From: Thermoanaerobaculia bacterium
Lineage (GTDB): Bacteria > Acidobacteriota > Thermoanaerobaculia > Multivoradales > UBA5704
Length of the DNA: 64,000 nt
NCBI GenBank assembly: GCA_035490435.1
Contig: DATHEF010000069.1
Span: 8,180 to 72,179, forward strand
Direction of reading: 5' to 3'
Under the pieces are notes generated by a model. That model was not told the origin of the DNA, ran no database searches, and saw only the letters and a list, made by a program, of their open reading frames with translations. Of the stretch, positions 43,527 to 56,210 are shown piece by piece (the first letter of the stretch is position 1; each line of letters begins with the position of its first letter). Position numbers and translations under genes: made by a program.

Positions 43527-44532
43527 GCTTCTTTTCGAGAGCCCGCACGCGCCGGCTCATCTCTTCCAGACGCGACAGCAGGACGGCCTGGCGGCGCCAT
43601 TTCCGCATCTCGATCGCGGGGATGCCGGCCACCACCGCCCCCGGCTCGAGCGAGGCGAGGGCTGCCGACTTGGCGGCCACCTGGACACCGTCCCCGAGCT
43701 GGATGTGCCCGGAAACCCCCGACTGCCCCGCCAGCACGACGTAGTCGCCCAGCCGGGTGCTGCCGGCGATGCCGGCCTGGCCGCAAAGGATACAGTGCCG
43801 GCCGACCTCGACGTTGTGCCCGACCTGGACGAGGTTGTCGATCTTGCTGCCCGCCCCGATCCGGGTCTCCCCCAGGGTGGCGCGGTCGATCGTGCTGTTG
43901 GCCCCCACCTCGACGTCCCCCTCGAGGACCACCCGCCCGATCTGCGGCACCTTGTGGTGGGCTCCGCCGTGGGTGGCGTAGCCGAAGCCGTCGGCCCCCA
44001 GCACCACGCCGGCATGGACGATGCTCCCGGCTCCGACCTCGGTGCCGTCGTAGAGCACGGCGTGAGGATGGAGCACCGCCCCCTCCCCCACCACGCAGCC
44101 ACGGCCGATGGCGACAAAGGCGAGGACGGCCGCCCCGGCGGCGATCCGGCTGCCGGCGCCGATCACGGCGTACGGGCCGACGTGGGCCGCCGGATCGACC
44201 GCGCAGCCGGGCTCCAGGATCGCCGTGGAATGGATCCCCGCCGGGCGGCGCTCTCCGGGATGGAGGACGGCGAGCAGCTGCGCCAGAGCGTAGGACGGAT
44301 CGTCGGCGATCAGCAGGTCCCGGCTGAGGGCGGCGTCGGCGAGCGACGGCCCCACCAGCAGGGCGCCGGCCGAGCTCGCCACGGCCTGACCGCGATAGCG
44401 GGGGTCTTTCAGGAACGAGAGGTCGCGGGGACCCGCGGATTCCAGGGAGCGGATCGCCTCGACGGCGCGCTCCGGGTCCCCTTCGACCCGGCCGCCGACC
44501 AGAGCGGCGAGATCGGCGAGCCGGTAGTCCAC
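43510..44532 (-). CDS. lpxD: UDP-3-O-acylglucosamine N-acyltransferase
   Basis: MDYRLADLAALVGGRVEGDPERAVEAIRSLESAGPRDLSFLKDPRY... followed by a hexapeptide-repeat body, 340 aa. Confidence 0.95.
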   Translation of the reverse strand: MDYRLADLAALVGGRVEGDPERAVEAIRSLESAGPRDLSFLKDPRYRGQAVASSAGALLVGPSLADAALSRDLLIADDPSYALAQLLAVLHPGERRPAGIHSTAILEPGCAVDPAAHVGPYAVIGAGSRIAAGAAVLAFVAIGRGCVVGEGAVLHPHAVLYDGTEVGAGSIVHAGVVLGADGFGYATHGGAHHKVPQIGRVVLEGDVEVGANSTIDRATLGETRIGAGSKIDNLVQVGHNVEVGRHCILCGQAGIAGSTRLGDYVVLAGQSGVSGHIQLGDGVQVAAKSAALASLEPGAVVAGIPAIEMRKWRRQAVLLSRLEEMSRRVRALEKKLGEGE

Positions 44533-44536
44533 GCCG

Positions 44537-45106
44537 TTACTTGCCCTGGGCGGCGGTGTCCAACCGCTGGATCACGACGCTCGTGATGTCGATCGCCTCG
44601 TCGGCGTAGATCAGCCCGCTCTCGAACTTGCGGAAAATCAGCGTGTAGCCGAGATCCTTGCCGACCTGATTGATGACCGGCATCACGCGCTGGTCGATCT
44701 GGGCCAGCATCTCGTCGCGCTTCTTGTTGAGCTCGCGGGTGGCGTCGTCCTGGGCGCGGCGGATGGCGATCTCCTTCTCCTCGTACTGCTTGGAGAGGTC
44801 GGTGAGCTTGTCCTGGGCGAGCGACAGGCGGCCGTCGTTGATCTTGGTCTGCAGGTCCTTGAGCTCGGCCGCCCGCGCGCCGATCTCCTTCTCCCGCTGC
44901 TCCTGGAGTCTCTTGAGATCGGCCACCACCTTCTTGCCGGCGACCGACGACAGAAGGATCTTCTCGGTGTCGATCACCGCGACCCGGATGAGCCCGGAGG
45001 CCGCCGGGGCGGCGGGCGCCGCCTGCGCGGCGACCGGAGCCGTCGCGAGCGCGAGCCCAAGGAGACCGGCGGCGGCTCGGGACAGAAAATGGCTGGAAAG
45101 CGACAT
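44537..45106 (-). CDS. skp: OmpH/Skp family periplasmic chaperone
   Basis: Signal peptide, then a coiled region (KKVVADLKRLQEQREKEIGARAAELKDLQTK). The gene sits between bamA and lpxD. Confidence 0.85.
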   Translation of the reverse strand: MSLSSHFLSRAAAGLLGLALATAPVAAQAAPAAPAASGLIRVAVIDTEKILLSSVAGKKVVADLKRLQEQREKEIGARAAELKDLQTKINDGRLSLAQDKLTDLSKQYEEKEIAIRRAQDDATRELNKKRDEMLAQIDQRVMPVINQVGKDLGYTLIFRKFESGLIYADEAIDITSVVIQRLDTAAQGK

Positions 45107-45141
45107 GGTCTCTTCTCCTTCGTTTCTAGAAGCTGGTACCG

Positions 45142-47613
45142 CTAAAAGCTGGTCCCAATACTGAACTGGAAGCTCTCAAAGCTGTCCTGGGGTTGAGGAT
45201 CGAGGTTCTTGGCGTAGATGAACCGCAGCGGCGCGCCGAACACCGGCAGAAACACCCGCAGCTCGACGCCCGCGGTCTTGCGCAGATTGGAGAGGTCGAA
45301 CGACTGACCATCGCCGAAGACGTTGCCGGCGTCGCCGAACAGCAGCACGCGGAACGGCCCGCCCAGCACGAAATGGTACTCCAAATTGAACTGGACGTAC
45401 TTGTCGCCGCCGAGGATGACCGCGTTCCTGTCGCGCAGCGGCACGCCGTTCTTGTCGCGCAGGAAGATCGAGCGGTACCGGTGACCGCGGATGCTGTTCT
45501 CGCCGCCCAGGAAGAAGCGCTCGAGGACGTTGATCTCCTCGCCGCCGAACGGATGGATCAGCCCCCCCTCGGCGTTGAAGGCGATCAGCGTCTTGGTCGG
45601 ATAGTTGCTCACCGGCCGGAAGATGCTGTATCCGATCTCCGGCCGCAGGAAGTCGTTGTCGCCGCCCAGCGGGCCGCCCGCGTACTCGACGGCGAGCGAC
45701 AGCTTCTGGCCGCGGGTCGGCTCGAACGGGTTGTCCCGGCTGTCGAACAGGTAGGCCGGACGCAGCGACGAGTTGTGGATCCGGTACTGCGTCCGGATCA
45801 GGCTGCCCGGCTGCGGCTCGGTGGGCGGCGGCGGCGTCTCGCCGGGCAGCAGGGCCGGCACCTGGATCTGGGTCTCGTCGTTGTACTTCGACAGGTTGTA
45901 GCTGAGGCTCGCCGACTGGAAGAGCCGGAAGTTGCGGCCGTAGGTGAACACCGCGCCCTTGCTGTTGCGGGTATAGCGGTCCTGGTTCGAGTACAGGTTG
46001 TAGTCGTAGTTCTCGTCGTAGGCGCGGACGCCGATGCTCTGCGGCCGGTCGAGGAACCAGGGGATCGAGTAGGAGAGGTCGAAGTAGTCGCGCAGCTTGC
46101 CGGTCTGCACCGAGACGCCGACCTGCTCGCCGCGGCCGAGGAAGTTCTTGGTGCTGACGGAGAACTGGCCGAAGAAGCCGTCGAGCTGGCTCCAGCCGCC
46201 GCCGAACTGCAGCTCGGTGCGGTCCGACTCGTCCCCCTTGAAGAGAAGGTTGACCTTCTTCTTCTCGGAGTCGGTGTCGATGTCGACCGGGTTCTCCTCG
46301 TTGAGCTTGAAGTAGCCGAGCTGGTTGACCTTGGTGACGCTGTTACGGATCGCCGTCACGTTGACCAGGCCACCCTCGTAGACCCGCAGCTCGCGGCGCA
46401 GCACCTTGTCCTTGGTGCGGTCGTTGCCCTGGAACTCGATGCGGCCGACCTGGAACTGGTCCCCCTCGTTGATGTGGACGACCAGGTCGGCGACGCGGTC
46501 CGGGCGCTCGACCAGCTCCGGCTCGACACGGGCGAAGATGTAGCCGGTGTTGTGGTAGGCGTCGGTGATCTCCTTGACGGCGTCGTCGATCACCTTGGCG
46601 CGCAGCCAGCCGGTCGCCCGGCGGTCGAAGGCCCGGAGCAGGTTCTTCTCCGGATAGACCTTGTTGCCCTCGATCGACACCATGCCGAACTTCCAGCGCT
46701 CCCCCTCCTCGATCGGGATGGTGATGAACATCCGGCGCTTCTGGTCGGCCACCCTGGAGTCGACCGCCCGCACGTCGATCTTCGGATCGCCGATGACCAC
46801 GTTCTTGTAGCCGGCGCCGCGGTAGATCTCGCGGACCTTGTCGAGGTCTTCCTGGAGCTTGGCCGGATCGTAGAGGTCTTTCTTGCTGACCCGGGAGATG
46901 AACGCGCTCTCCTTGGTGTTCTTCATCGTCCAGCGCAGGCGGGGGTCGTTGAACACCGTGTTGCCCTCGAACTCGATGTCCGAGATGCGGACGCGGTCCC
47001 CCTCGTCGACCTTGAAGACCACCTTCTTCTCGTTGGGACCGACGTCCTCGACCGTGTACTGCGCGGTCGCGAAGCGGTACCCCTTCTCGCCGTACATCTG
47101 CTCGATCAGCCCCTTGACCCGCTGCAGCTCGCCGAGCGACAGCGGCTCCCCCTCGTGGACGCGGACCCGCTGGGTGGTCAGCTTGTCCTGGAGGTCGGTC
47201 TTGGAGATCCGCTTCAGCCCCTCGTAGTCGATCGAGCGCAGGACCGGGCGCTCCACCACGGTGATCACCAGGCGGACGCCGGCCGGCGTGGGCACGCTCT
47301 CCACCTGGACGTCGTCGACCAGGTTGCGGTCCCAGAGCTGCTTGATATTTTTGTTGAGGGTCTCCTCGTTCAGCGGCTCGCCCTGAGTGAGGCCGAGGTA
47401 ATAACGCAGGGTCTCCTCGGAGAGCCCCTTGAGACCCTTGAATTCGATCCCCTCGATAGTGCGGCCGTTCGCCGACGGCTGCGGGAGCGCCTGGGCTCGC
47501 GCCGCGCGCACACCGCCGGAAAGCAGCAGAGGAAGCAACGACGCCGCCATCAGGCGGCGCACAGCCCTCCACCGGCGCGGCCTGCGCCGGCCCACGATGA
47601 CATCAGGCATCAT
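45142..47613 (-). CDS. bamA: outer membrane protein assembly factor BamA
   Basis: 823 aa. POTRA repeats (IEGIEFKGLKGLSEETLRYYLGLTQGEPL...) plus a C-terminal beta-barrel ending ...FQFSIGTSF. Confidence 0.95.
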   Translation of the reverse strand: MMPDVIVGRRRPRRWRAVRRLMAASLLPLLLSGGVRAARAQALPQPSANGRTIEGIEFKGLKGLSEETLRYYLGLTQGEPLNEETLNKNIKQLWDRNLVDDVQVESVPTPAGVRLVITVVERPVLRSIDYEGLKRISKTDLQDKLTTQRVRVHEGEPLSLGELQRVKGLIEQMYGEKGYRFATAQYTVEDVGPNEKKVVFKVDEGDRVRISDIEFEGNTVFNDPRLRWTMKNTKESAFISRVSKKDLYDPAKLQEDLDKVREIYRGAGYKNVVIGDPKIDVRAVDSRVADQKRRMFITIPIEEGERWKFGMVSIEGNKVYPEKNLLRAFDRRATGWLRAKVIDDAVKEITDAYHNTGYIFARVEPELVERPDRVADLVVHINEGDQFQVGRIEFQGNDRTKDKVLRRELRVYEGGLVNVTAIRNSVTKVNQLGYFKLNEENPVDIDTDSEKKKVNLLFKGDESDRTELQFGGGWSQLDGFFGQFSVSTKNFLGRGEQVGVSVQTGKLRDYFDLSYSIPWFLDRPQSIGVRAYDENYDYNLYSNQDRYTRNSKGAVFTYGRNFRLFQSASLSYNLSKYNDETQIQVPALLPGETPPPPTEPQPGSLIRTQYRIHNSSLRPAYLFDSRDNPFEPTRGQKLSLAVEYAGGPLGGDNDFLRPEIGYSIFRPVSNYPTKTLIAFNAEGGLIHPFGGEEINVLERFFLGGENSIRGHRYRSIFLRDKNGVPLRDRNAVILGGDKYVQFNLEYHFVLGGPFRVLLFGDAGNVFGDGQSFDLSNLRKTAGVELRVFLPVFGAPLRFIYAKNLDPQPQDSFESFQFSIGTSF

Positions 47614-47627
47614 CTCGTCCTTTCATG

Positions 47628-47654
47628 ACCCCGGCGGCGCAAAGCCGCCGGGGT
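47628..47654 (-). terminator. 11-bp GC hairpin downstream of clpC
   Basis: ACCCCGGCGGC-gcaaa-GCCGCCGGGGT. A smaller CCGCC-ggtc-GGCGG hairpin lies at ~47675-47690. No clear U-tract is present. Confidence 0.4.
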
Positions 47655-47695
47655 GGTACTGCCCTCTCTTGCTGGGAACCGCCGGTCGGCGGGAA

Positions 47696-50122
47696 TCAGC
47701 GCCTGGGGATGACGATCTCCTGGGCGCCGGCATGGAACGTCAGCTCACCGCCCTCCAGATCCACTTCGATGTTATCGATCGTCTCGCCGTGCGCGTTGAT
47801 GAGAATCTCTGAAACCGCGTCCTGGATGTGGCGCTGAATGGCCCGGCGCAACGGTCGAGCTCCCGTGGAGGGCTCGACGCCCGCCTTGGTCAGGATCCAC
47901 TCCTTGGCACGGTCCGAGACCCCGACGCGCAGTCCCCGCTCAGCGAGCGTATTGTTCACATCCTCGACCAGAATGTCCACGATCGACCGCAGCTCCTTCT
48001 CACCCAAGGGGTTGAAGACGATCACCTCGTCGATGCGGTTGATGAACTCGGGGCTGAAGGTGCGCCGCAGCTCGGCGAGGATCTCCTCCTCGAGCTTCTG
48101 GAAGCTGGCCTCCTCGCTCCCCTCGCCGAAGCCCACCCGGCCGCCGCGCAGCACCAGCTTGCTGCCGATGTTGGAGGTCATCAGCACCAGCGTGTTGCGG
48201 AAGTCGACCAGGTTGCCGTAGGCGTCGGTCAACTGGCCGTCCTCCAGGATCTGGAGCAGCAGGTTGGCGACGTCCGGATGCGCCTTCTCGATCTCGTCGA
48301 ACAGGATCAGCGAGTAGGGCGCGCGGCGCACCCGCTCGGTGAGCTGCCCCCCCTCCTCGTGACCGACGTAGCCCGGCGGCGAGCCGATCAGCTTGGAGAC
48401 CGCGTGCTTCTCCATGTACTCGCTCATGTCGAACCGGATCATCGCCCGCTGGTTGCCGAACAGGAACTCCGAGAGCTGGCGGGCGACCTCGGTCTTGCCG
48501 ACCCCCGAGGGGCCGAGGAAGATGAACGAGCCCATCGGCCGCTGCGGGTTCGAGACCCCCAACCGCGAACGGCGGATCGCCCGGCTGATGGCGTTGATCG
48601 AGCGGTCCTGGCCGATCACCCGCAGCCGCAGGATCTCCTCCATCTTGAGCAGCCGCTCGGCCTCCTCGCTCTGCAGCGCCGCCACCGGGATGCCGGTCCA
48701 GGAGGAGATGACCTCCTCGATGTCGTGCCGGGTCACCTCGAGGATACCGGTCTCGTCGGTCGCGACGCTCATTCTCTCAAGATCCTCGCGCAGCTCGATC
48801 TCCCGCTCGCGCAGGTAGACCGCCCGCTCGAAGTCCTTGTCGGAGATGGCGACCTTCATCTCCTTGACCACCTGGCGGATCTCCTGCTCGAGCCGCCGCA
48901 GGTTCTGGGTGTCGCGCACCCGCCGCAGCTTGACCCGCGCGCCGGCCTCGTCGAGGACGTCGATCGCCTTGTCCGGCAGATGGCGGTCCGGGATGTACCG
49001 GCTCGACTGGTAGATCGCCGTGCGCAGCGAGTCGGGGCGGTAGCGCACCTTGTGGAACGACTCGTAGCGATCCTTGATCCCCTCGAGGATCTGCTGCGTC
49101 TGCTCCGGCGTCGGCGGATTGACCTGAATCGCCTGGAACCGGCGCAGCAGCGAGCGGTCCTTCTCGATGTACTTGCGGTATTCCTTGAGCGTCGTCGCGC
49201 CGATGCAGGAGATCTCGCCGCGCGACAGCGCCGGCTTCAAAATATTGGCCGCGTCGAGAGACCCCTCGGCCGAGCCGGCGCCGATCAGCGAGTGGATCTC
49301 GTCGATGAAGACGATCAGCTCCTTGCTCTCCTTGAGCTCCTTCAAAATCCCCTTCAGGCGCTCCTCGAACTGGCCGCGGTACTTGGTGCCGGCGACGATC
49401 AGCGACAGGTCGAGCGCCATGATCCGCTTGTTGGCCAGGAAGATCGGCACCCGCCCCTCGATGATCCGCTGGGCGAGACCCTCGACGATGGCGGTCTTGC
49501 CGACGCCCGGCTCGCCGAGCAGGATGGGGTTGTTCTTGGTCCGCCGAGAGAGGATCTGGATGATGCGGTCCACCTCCTCCTCGCGGCCGATCAGGGGATC
49601 GAAGGACTGCTCGGTGGCCAGCGCCGTCAGGTCGCGGCCGTACTCGGAGAGGAACGGCAGCTCTTTCTTCTGCTGGGAGGCCTCGCGCTCCTTGGCGATC
49701 GCCAGCACCTCCTCGCGCACCGTGTAGACGTCGAATCCGTGCTGGGCCAGGATGCGCATCGCCGTGCACCCCTCGACCCTCAGGATGCCGATCAGCAGGT
49801 GCTCGGAGCCGACCGTCGCGTGAAGCATGCTCTCGGCCTCATGCGAAGCGTAGGCCAGGATCTTTTTCGATTCCTCTGAAAGAGGAAGCTCGGCGGTGGA
49901 AGAGATCCGTTCGACGAAGACCCGCTCGCCTTCAATCTCCCTGCGGATGTCCTCCGGCTTGACCTGAAAGCGCCGGAAGATCTCGCTCACCGTCTCTTCC
50001 CCCTCCCGCAGGATCCCCAGAAGGATGTGCTCGGATTCGATAACGCGGCTGCCCAGCTTGCTGGCTTCGTAGCGGGCGAAGAAGAGAGCTCGGCGGGCCT
50101 TCTCGTTGTACTTCTCAAACAT
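47696..50122 (-). CDS. clpC: ATP-dependent Clp protease ATP-binding subunit ClpC (class I AAA+, two NBDs)
   Basis: [42 protein letters not shown] is the Clp_N repeat. Walker A motifs are GEPGVGKTA and GPSGVGKTE, and a UVR-like linker is present. The start was trimmed to ATG 50122. Confidence 0.93.
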   Translation of the reverse strand: MFEKYNEKARRALFFARYEASKLGSRVIESEHILLGILREGEETVSEIFRRFQVKPEDIRREIEGERVFVERISSTAELPLSEESKKILAYASHEAESMLHATVGSEHLLIGILRVEGCTAMRILAQHGFDVYTVREEVLAIAKEREASQQKKELPFLSEYGRDLTALATEQSFDPLIGREEEVDRIIQILSRRTKNNPILLGEPGVGKTAIVEGLAQRIIEGRVPIFLANKRIMALDLSLIVAGTKYRGQFEERLKGILKELKESKELIVFIDEIHSLIGAGSAEGSLDAANILKPALSRGEISCIGATTLKEYRKYIEKDRSLLRRFQAIQVNPPTPEQTQQILEGIKDRYESFHKVRYRPDSLRTAIYQSSRYIPDRHLPDKAIDVLDEAGARVKLRRVRDTQNLRRLEQEIRQVVKEMKVAISDKDFERAVYLREREIELREDLERMSVATDETGILEVTRHDIEEVISSWTGIPVAALQSEEAERLLKMEEILRLRVIGQDRSINAISRAIRRSRLGVSNPQRPMGSFIFLGPSGVGKTEVARQLSEFLFGNQRAMIRFDMSEYMEKHAVSKLIGSPPGYVGHEEGGQLTERVRRAPYSLILFDEIEKAHPDVANLLLQILEDGQLTDAYGNLVDFRNTLVLMTSNIGSKLVLRGGRVGFGEGSEEASFQKLEEEILAELRRTFSPEFINRIDEVIVFNPLGEKELRSIVDILVEDVNNTLAERGLRVGVSDRAKEWILTKAGVEPSTGARPLRRAIQRHIQDAVSEILINAHGETIDNIEVDLEGGELTFHAGAQEIVIPRR

Positions 50123-50216
50123 TTTTGTTCGACCTCTTTTGACACCGGCGCGCTGCGTCGCACCTCGATTCTGAGGGCGTGGAGAGCGGCGATGCTTCTT
50201 TGTTACAGGCAATCGG

Positions 50217-50222
50217 ATTCTA
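50217..50222 (-). promoter_or_regulatory. candidate extended -10 element (TGcTAGAAT) for clpC
   Basis: The minus strand reads GGCGTGCTAGAATCC about 90 nt upstream of the clpC ATG. The -35 element is weak. Confidence 0.3.
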
Positions 50223-50363
50223 GCACGCCGCCATCCTCCCGAAGGTCGCGGGGCTCCGAAGAGCCTGCGCCCGGCAGTCCGATTCCTAACCGGATGAAGC
50301 GCCCGGAAGGCGGGCAAAATTCCCGCCGCCCCCACCGGGAATAGGTCACCCGGTGTCCGCTTT

Positions 50364-51037
<674 letters not shown>

Positions 51038-51041
<4 letters not shown>

Positions 51042-52233
51042 CGGCGCAACGCCTCCACCGGGTCGAGCGCCGCGGCCCGTTGCGCGGCGTAGAGGGAAGA
51101 GGCGAGGGCGAGCGCAAAGGTCAGCAACAGCACCACGACGAGATCCTCCGGCTGCACCAGGAAGGGGACGTAGTCGAGGAAGTAGACCCGCCCCGGCACC
51201 TTCAGCAGCCGGTAGTGATTCATCACCCAGGCGCCGCCTACCCCGAGCGTTGTCCCCGCCAGCACGCCGGTGCCAGCGACCAGCCCTCCCAGCAGCACGA
51301 ACGCCTGGCGTAGCGCCGCCGGGGTCGCCCCAAGGGTGCCCAGCATGCCGATCTCCGGCCGCTTGCTGGAGATGATCAGCGCCAGATCCGCCACCAGGGC
51401 CAGCGACGCCACCAGGACGATCAGCGACACGGCCACGAACATCACCAGCTTCTCCAGCCGCAGCGCGAAGAGGAGCGGGCGGTTGAGGTCCTTCCAGGTG
51501 CGCACCGCGCTCCCCGGCGGCAGCGCGGCCGGCAGCCGGGCCGCCGCGTCGAGAGCGGCGTCGAGCCCCCCGGCCTCGACGTCCAGCCGGCGGTCGGCGA
51601 TCCCGAGCAGCGTCTCGGCCACCGCGCGTGGCAGCGCCACCGGCTCCTTCTCCTCCTGGGTGCGCGCCCCCTCGTAGGTGCCGGCGAGAACGATGCTGCG
51701 CACGCGCGGCTGCGGCCCGAGCGGGGTGAGGGTCGGGCGCGGCGAGACGACCTCCAGGCTCTCCCCCGGCTTGAGCCCCCACCGGGCGGCGAGCGTCGCC
51801 GGCACGTAGAGTCCCTCGGGCCGCCCCGCGGCGCCGGGAAACGTCCGCGGCACCCGGCCGTCGAACCCCACCAGCTCGACCGGCTGCACCTTGCCGCGCT
51901 CGACCAGCCAGCCCCCCCCGCGCACCTGGATCTGCGCCGACGCCACCCCGGAGACCCGCAGCGCCGCCTGCCGGGCGGCCGCGGCGTCGGCGCCGGGGGG
52001 GAGCTCGACCTCGATCTGCGGCGTGCGGCCGAGCAGCTCCGAGCGCAGCGCGCTCTGGAACCCCGAGATCACCGCCAGCGACAGCACCATCGCCGCCACC
52101 CCCAGCGCCAGCCCGCCGGCGGCGACGATCGAGAGAAAGCTCGCGAAGGCGTCCCGCCGCGTGCTGCGCAGATAGCGCAGCGCGATCAGCGCCGGGAACG
52201 GCAGCTTGCGCAGGAGCAGGCGGGAGGGGCGGC

Positions 52234-52237
<4 letters not shown>
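51038..52237 (-). CDS. LolC/LolE family lipoprotein-releasing system permease (FtsX-like)
   Basis: 399 aa. N-terminus [44 protein letters not shown] start overlaps the lysS stop. Confidence 0.87.
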
Positions 52238-53745
<1,508 letters not shown>

Positions 53746-53807
53746 GGACTCCCCTCTCCTCTTCCCTGAGAGCGGATAGCCTATCCGAGAAAGGCGAGAG
53801 GGTTGAA

Positions 53808-53836
53808 GGCGCCCGTGCCCCCGAGGCCCGGGCGCC
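53808..53836 (-). terminator. 8-bp GC hairpin downstream of the Cys-rich peptide gene
   Basis: GGCGCCCG-(13 nt)-CGGGCGCC, 16 nt after the stop at 53852. No U-tract is present. Confidence 0.3.
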
Positions 53837-53851
53837 CGGAAAGCCGGCGGC

Positions 53852-54052
53852 TCAACCGCAGGTGCAGGTGCCGGCGCAGGGGTTGTGGTTCTGGCAGTTG
53901 AAGACGACGTTGTTGCTGCCGCAGAACGTCTTGCAGGACTGCAGCAGCTCCGGGCAGGTGGCGCACTTGCCGGCCGCCGCCGGGGCCGGCACCAGGGCTG
54001 TTACAGCGAGAAGGGCACTGGCGCAGGCGAGCTTGAGGATGGTCTTCTTCAT
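53852..54052 (-). CDS. 66-aa secreted cysteine-rich peptide (8 Cys in a ~39-aa mature region)
   Basis: It is hidden inside the 179-aa track ORF 53852..54391. An internal ATG at 54052 is preceded by AAGGAGA with a 7-nt spacer. The product is [27 protein letters not shown]|[39 protein letters not shown]. Confidence 0.6.
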   Translation of the reverse strand: MKKTILKLACASALLAVTALVPAPAAAGKCATCPELLQSCKTFCGSNNVVFNCQNHNPCAGTCTCG

Positions 54053-54155
54053 GATGTCATCTCCTTGTAGCGTGACCGCCAGAACCGGCGGCCATCCCGC
54101 GGCTCGGCGGGGATGACATCTTACCGAACTGTCCGCGCTGCTACGATACGCCCCC

Positions 54156-55049
54156 ATGAACGAGACCGACGAGATGGAAGGGCTGGTCCACGAGCCTCTG
54201 GAGGAGGCTTCCGCGGGCCTGGAGACACTGATCGAGCAGCACAAGTCCGCCGTCGAGCGCTTCGACCTGCTCGGCTGGCCGCGTCCGGAGGTGGCCCTGG
54301 TCTCCGGCTCCGGCCTGGCGATAGACCTCGGGGAGCGCACCCACGGGCCGATCCAGCTCGAGTTCCTCCTCCCCTTCGAGAGCCACGCCATCGAGGGACA
54401 TCCGCACGCCGTCGAGATGTTCGAGCCGCTCCCCGGCCGCCCGGTCCTCTACTTCAAGGGGCGTCTCCACTCCTACCAGGGGTACAGCGCGCATGAGACG
54501 GTCTTCCCCGTCCGCCTCGCCGCCCTGCTCGGCGCCAAGGCGCTGGTGATGACCAATGCCACGGGCGGCCTGCAGCCCCACCACCGTCCCGGCGACCTGG
54601 TGCTGATCAAGGACCACATCAACCTGACCGGGCTGAACCCCCTGCGCGGCCAGCTCCCGCCGGAGTGGGGCCCCCGCTTCCCCGATATGGGAGCCGCCTA
54701 CGATCCGCGCCTGCGAGAGCTGACTTTGAGAATCGCCGGCGAGCTCGGCATCCCGCTGACCGAAGGGATCTACGCCGGCATGGCCGGCCCCAGCTACGAG
54801 ACCCCCGCCGAGGTGCGGATGCTCCAGTTCCTCGGCGGCGACGTCACCGGCATGTCGACCGTGCTGGAGATCATCGCCGCCCACCACATGGGGGTGCGCT
54901 GCCTCTGTGTCTCGATGGTGAGCAACCCCGGAGCCGGCCTCTCCGAGGTGCCGGTGACCCACGAGGACGTCCTCGCCGCCGCCCAGGCCGCGTCGGTGAA
55001 TCTCAAGGCGCTGCTGGGAGCGGTGCTCAAGGCGCCGGGGCTGGTTTAG
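54156..55049 (+). CDS. purine nucleoside phosphorylase (trimeric PNP/MTAP family)
   Basis: VALVSGSGLA..., GRLHSYQGY, TNATGGL and GMAGPSYETPAEVRML...GGDVTGMSTVLE. Confidence 0.9.
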   Translation: MNETDEMEGLVHEPLEEASAGLETLIEQHKSAVERFDLLGWPRPEVALVSGSGLAIDLGERTHGPIQLEFLLPFESHAIEGHPHAVEMFEPLPGRPVLYFKGRLHSYQGYSAHETVFPVRLAALLGAKALVMTNATGGLQPHHRPGDLVLIKDHINLTGLNPLRGQLPPEWGPRFPDMGAAYDPRLRELTLRIAGELGIPLTEGIYAGMAGPSYETPAEVRMLQFLGGDVTGMSTVLEIIAAHHMGVRCLCVSMVSNPGAGLSEVPVTHEDVLAAAQAASVNLKALLGAVLKAPGLV

Positions 55050-55053
55050 GGCG

Positions 55054-56151
55054 GTGCCCGACCGCATCGAAGAGCGCGCCCGGTTCGACCTCGTCCGCTA
55101 TGCCAACGTGTGGGAGGACGCAGAGGTGCTCTGCTCCGCGCTCGCTCCGGCCGCGGGGCGGCGCATGCTCTCGATCGCCTCGGCAGGGGACAATGCCTTT
55201 GCCCTTCTCGCCGCCGGCGCCGAGGTGGTGGCCGCCGATCTCTCCCCCGCCCAGCTCGCCCTGGTCGAGCTCAAGCGCGCCGCCATCCGCCGTCTTGGCT
55301 ACGAGGAGGCGCTGGCGTTCCTCGGAATTCAGCGCGGCGCGGAGGACCGGCGCTCGGTCTACGAGCGGCTGGAACGGGACCTCCCGGCCAGCGCGCGGGA
55401 CTTCTTCCGCGAACGGCTGGACACGATCGCCGGCGGTGTCCTCCATGACGGCAAGTTCGAGGGGTACTTCCGGCTCTTCCGCGAGCGCGTCCTCCCCCTG
55501 ATCCACGGCAGGAAAACGGTGGTCGCCCTGCTGGACGAAAAGGACGCGGAGGCGCGCAGGGCGTTCTATCGCCGCACCTGGAACAACCTGCGCTGGCGCC
55601 TCCTCTTCCGGGTCTTCTTCAGCCGCTTCGCCATGGGCCGGCTGGGGCGCGACCCCGAGTTCTTCCGCTACGTCGAGGGGTCGGTCGCCGAGCGTATCCT
55701 GGCGCGGACGGAGTACGCCCTGACCATGCTCCCCGGCTACGCCAATCCTTATATGGAGTACATCCTCACCGGCAACTTCCGGCGGGCCCTCCCCCTGTAT
55801 CTCCGCCCCGAGGTCTTCACCGAGCTGAAGCGGAACCTCGACAGGCTCACCCTGTTCGAGGGGGCGATCGAGGAGGCCGCGCTCGCGCACCGGGGGGAAG
55901 GATTCGACGGCTTCAACCTCTCGGACATTTTCGAGTACATGGACGAGCCCACGAGCGTCGCCATCTACGGGCGATTGCTGGAGACGGCCCGTCCGGGCGC
56001 CCGCTTCGCCTACTGGAACATGCTCGTGCCCCGGCGCCTCGCCGCCGCCTTCCCCGGACGCGTCCGCTCGCTCGACGCCGAGGCGCGCGCGCTGTTCGCC
56101 CGCGATCTCGCCTTCTTCTACAGCGCCTTCGTGCTGGAGGAAGCCGTCTGA
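55054..56151 (+). CDS. DUF3419 / BtaA-like protein (S-adenosylmethionine:diacylglycerol 3-amino-3-carboxypropyl transferase family)
   Basis: RYANVWEDAEVLCSAL...MLSIASAGDNAFALLA...DLSPAQLALVELK...GKFEGYFRLF...FNLSDIFEYM, recognised as the BtaA/DUF3419 pattern. Confidence 0.8.
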   Translation: MPDRIEERARFDLVRYANVWEDAEVLCSALAPAAGRRMLSIASAGDNAFALLAAGAEVVAADLSPAQLALVELKRAAIRRLGYEEALAFLGIQRGAEDRRSVYERLERDLPASARDFFRERLDTIAGGVLHDGKFEGYFRLFRERVLPLIHGRKTVVALLDEKDAEARRAFYRRTWNNLRWRLLFRVFFSRFAMGRLGRDPEFFRYVEGSVAERILARTEYALTMLPGYANPYMEYILTGNFRRALPLYLRPEVFTELKRNLDRLTLFEGAIEEAALAHRGEGFDGFNLSDIFEYMDEPTSVAIYGRLLETARPGARFAYWNMLVPRRLAAAFPGRVRSLDAEARALFARDLAFFYSAFVLEEAV

Positions 56152-56210
56152 TCTCGCCGGATGACCTGCGCGGGGCGGCGATCCTCTCCGCCGCCTTCGT
56201 CTTCCTGCTC

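Noticed and set aside
53774-53786. 13-nt palindrome GGATAGCCTATCC about 30 nt upstream of lysS, considered as a possible operator or leader element.
   Set aside because: It is short and isolated. There is no T-box or riboswitch-sized leader, since only 106 nt of spacer are available, and nothing supports a specific call.
53852-54391. The full 179-aa ORF containing the Cys-rich peptide.
   Set aside because: The upstream 113 codons are Arg/Ser/Pro-rich with no RBS, and they overlap the divergent promoter region of the PNP operon. The internal start has a strong Shine-Dalgarno sequence and an immediate signal peptide.
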